A DNA stretch of 64,000 nucleotides from Bacteroidales bacterium (GTDB lineage Bacteria > Bacteroidota > Bacteroidia > Bacteroidales > VadinHA17): contig JAWLEO010000009.1 of assembly GCA_041686075.1 (NCBI GenBank), positions 30,488 through 94,487 of the forward strand, in the 5' to 3' direction. Below are positions 62,023 to 64,000 of the stretch, piece by piece. The notes under the pieces were generated by a model. The model was not told where the DNA came from. It worked only from the letters and a program-made list of their open reading frames with translations, and did no database searches. The position numbers were made by a program, and so were the translations under genes. Each line of letters opens with the position of its first letter. The stretch's first letter is position 1.

Positions 62023-62571
62023 ATGCAGGTTGACCTATACAGTGAAGAAGAGATACTGGAGGGTTGTAGAAAGAATAACAGGCAGTACCAGGAGATCCTC
62101 TACCGAAGGTATGCCCGTAAAATGTACGGGATATGTATGAGCTATGCCGGTAACAGAGACCTGGCACAGGACATATTGCAGGATGCGTTCATAAAAGTGT
62201 TTAAGAAAATAAAGCTTTATAAAAGAGAGGGTTCGCTTGAGGGATGGATCAGAAGGATAATAGTAAATACGGCAATTGACCATCTAAGAAAGGAAACACT
62301 TAAACATAATTACATTACTGAACAGGAAGAAATTATTGAAGAGGAGACATATGAGCCCGATGTACTTGAAAAACTGAAGGCCCAGGACGTCCTGGACCTT
62401 GTTGCACAACTGCCTGATGGAGCCAGGATGATCTTTAATTTATATGCGGTGGAAGGATTTACACATAAAGAGATAGCAGCAAAAATGGATATCAGTGTAG
62501 GAACATCAAAATCCCAATTCAGCAGAGCAAGGAAAATGTTGATGCAACTGATAAATAAACACAGTGCCTGA
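62023..62571 (+). CDS. ECF (sigma-70 family) RNA polymerase sigma factor
   Basis: 182 aa with region 2 (DLAQDILQDAFIKVF, GWIRRIIVNTAID) and region 4 (EGFTHKEIAAKMDISVGTSKSQFSRARK). Confidence 0.85.
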   Translation: MQVDLYSEEEILEGCRKNNRQYQEILYRRYARKMYGICMSYAGNRDLAQDILQDAFIKVFKKIKLYKREGSLEGWIRRIIVNTAIDHLRKETLKHNYITEQEEIIEEETYEPDVLEKLKAQDVLDLVAQLPDGARMIFNLYAVEGFTHKEIAAKMDISVGTSKSQFSRARKMLMQLINKHSA

Positions 62572-62573
62572 TC

Positions 62574-63770
62574 ATGGATTTTTTGAAATGGTATAGAAAT
62601 AAAATCGAATCAAGTGAGCTGGAGCCCCCGGTTAACACCTGGGATAATATCCGGGATGAGCTTGATATCGATAATTCATGGCAGCTTATTGACAGTTATC
62701 TGACCGGTAGGAGAAGATTTATTGCCCGACTGAGGATTTCCGTTGCTGCCAGTCTCCTGGTACTTACCCTGGCAGGAGCAGGCTGGATATATTTTTCCAC
62801 GATCAATACAGGTAAACAAGAGGAAACAGCGGAAATTATACCGGCTGAAGACACTGGAACCGGAACCGGTGAAGATGCTGAAAAGTTCATACGGAAAAAT
62901 GATGCCCCGCCTGAAATTCCTGTTAATGATACTCCCGTAATTAAAGTATTAATGGCTGGCCTTGACAATGAATTAAAAGAGATGGCGCTCGAGAATGTAA
63001 GCTTTGAAGACCACTCACCCGGAAGACAGGAAGGCAATATTGAAAGGTTGAATGTTAGTAATCCAGACATAACTGGCCAGCAGTATATTGATTACATGGA
63101 TATCACTGTCGACCCTGAAGTTGTCAATTATGATAAACAGAAAAAAGGCAGAAAGACTTTCAGTAAATTCTACATTGGCACAAGGGGCCAGCTGGCCAAC
63201 ACCTGGCTGGTGAACCAGAAAACCATCAGCGGCTTCAAAAGTACAAGTCTTGTATCTACAAATGCCACCTTCGGATCAAATTTCGGCTTTTACGCCGGGA
63301 CCAACCTCATTAACAGGCTTGATCTTCAGATGGATTTTAATATCCTGGCACAGAACAAGCAGGATTACAATGAGTATTTAAACGGGCAGTATGTAACAAA
63401 TAAACTGAAGCTTGACTACTCCCAGCTGGCGTTATCATTTCGCTATTATATCATGTCAGATAGATTTCTGGAGGGAGAACACGGTGTAAACCTCGGTGCC
63501 TATATGGCCTACCTGCATAATGCTTATCAAAATATTGAGGGTGAAACCTTTTATCTTTCCGATAATTATAACAACATGGATTACGGCCTCCTCCTTGGCT
63601 ATGAATATATTTTCCCTCTTTACGGACAACTCGGTCTCGGCACAGGCTTCAGGGCATATTATGGTTTGAGTAACATTTATGCCGGCGATGAAAATATACC
63701 GTATTACCTGAATATAACAAATAATGCCTCGGTAAATATCACTTTATCCCTCAAATACTTAATAAAATAA
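62574..63770 (+). CDS. anti-sigma-like membrane protein with C-terminal beta-barrel-like domain
   Basis: 398 aa lying 2 nt after the sigma gene. It has an N-terminal cytoplasmic segment, one TM (ISVAASLLVLTLAGAGWIYF) and a C-terminal ~200 aa with an OMP-like alternating pattern. Confidence 0.5.
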   Translation: MDFLKWYRNKIESSELEPPVNTWDNIRDELDIDNSWQLIDSYLTGRRRFIARLRISVAASLLVLTLAGAGWIYFSTINTGKQEETAEIIPAEDTGTGTGEDAEKFIRKNDAPPEIPVNDTPVIKVLMAGLDNELKEMALENVSFEDHSPGRQEGNIERLNVSNPDITGQQYIDYMDITVDPEVVNYDKQKKGRKTFSKFYIGTRGQLANTWLVNQKTISGFKSTSLVSTNATFGSNFGFYAGTNLINRLDLQMDFNILAQNKQDYNEYLNGQYVTNKLKLDYSQLALSFRYYIMSDRFLEGEHGVNLGAYMAYLHNAYQNIEGETFYLSDNYNNMDYGLLLGYEYIFPLYGQLGLGTGFRAYYGLSNIYAGDENIPYYLNITNNASVNITLSLKYLIK

Positions 63771-63850
63771 CCTGGCCTTCCAACCCTTTTAAAGGGCTTA
63801 TCGTCTTTTTTACAGAAAGGAAATTTTGAATAAACATAAATTTTAATAAT

Positions 63851-64000
63851 CATGAAAAAATTATTCAGCTTAATTATCCTGACCTTTGTTGCAGCCTTCA
63901 TTTTCACAGGCTGCGAAAAAGATGGCAATACAGGAACCCTTCACCTGTCAATAACAGATGCACCTGTTGACAATTCAGATGTTGTTGGAATCTGGCTTAC
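63851..64000 (+). CDS. lipoprotein, DUF4382-like, 3'-truncated by the window end
   Basis: MKKLFSLIILTFVAAFIFTGC lipobox followed by LHLSITDAPVD. The ORF is partial. Confidence 0.45.

Noticed and set aside
1-64000. rRNA, tRNA, tmRNA, integrase/recombinase, toxin-antitoxin or recognised defence genes
   Set aside because: None could be recognised by eye in any intergenic region or ORF translation. Absence is not proven without tRNAscan, Infernal or HMM searches.

Overview
This is a 64-kb chromosomal segment that looks like Bacteroidota. It carries two SusC/SusD pairs, a T9SS C-terminal sorting domain, TTTG/TAnnTTTG promoter boxes and A-rich leaders without Shine-Dalgarno sequences. Several gene sets hint at an anaerobic lifestyle, but that is inference. 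All calls rest on reading the ORF translations and the DNA by eye. No searches were run, and hand-derived coordinates of short motifs may be off by 1-2 nt.

Gene content in order:
- A complete his operon on the minus strand (hisG-D-C/B-H-A/F-IE). It has two unusual in-frame fusions and a His-rich leader peptide with a terminator/antiterminator.
- A RAYT-type (IS200-like) tyrosine transposase flanked by arrays of two REP-like hairpins.
- glpK.
- An alpha-glucan (starch/maltodextrin) utilisation locus of about 18 kb. It holds an MFS transporter, a GH65 phosphorylase, three GH13 enzymes, a GH53 enzyme, susC/D/E and a LacI-family regulator with a shared operator-like motif.
- Two GH29 fucosidases, an acyl-CoA ligase, ispD, a TetR regulator and lgt.
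- A ROK / CBM9-like / PFK / PIG-L deacetylase / SIS / ROK sugar cassette.
- An mtnA / class-II aldolase / mtnP trio.
- A second SusC/D pair.
- A rhodanese plus EgtD-like pair that resembles EanB/EanA.
- An outer-membrane barrel / pentaheme cytochrome c / lipoprotein / ECF sigma / anti-sigma cluster.

The most striking signal is non-coding. Almost every 3' intergenic region is filled with short-tandem-repeat 'arms' and GC-rich hairpins. Three divergent four-helix-bundle genes (Avd / 23S-rRNA-IVS protein family) each sit in the loop of a long inverted repeat. Each repeat is built from a different repeat unit, and ORF-less elements share the same arms. No rRNA, tRNA or CRISPR array was recognised.
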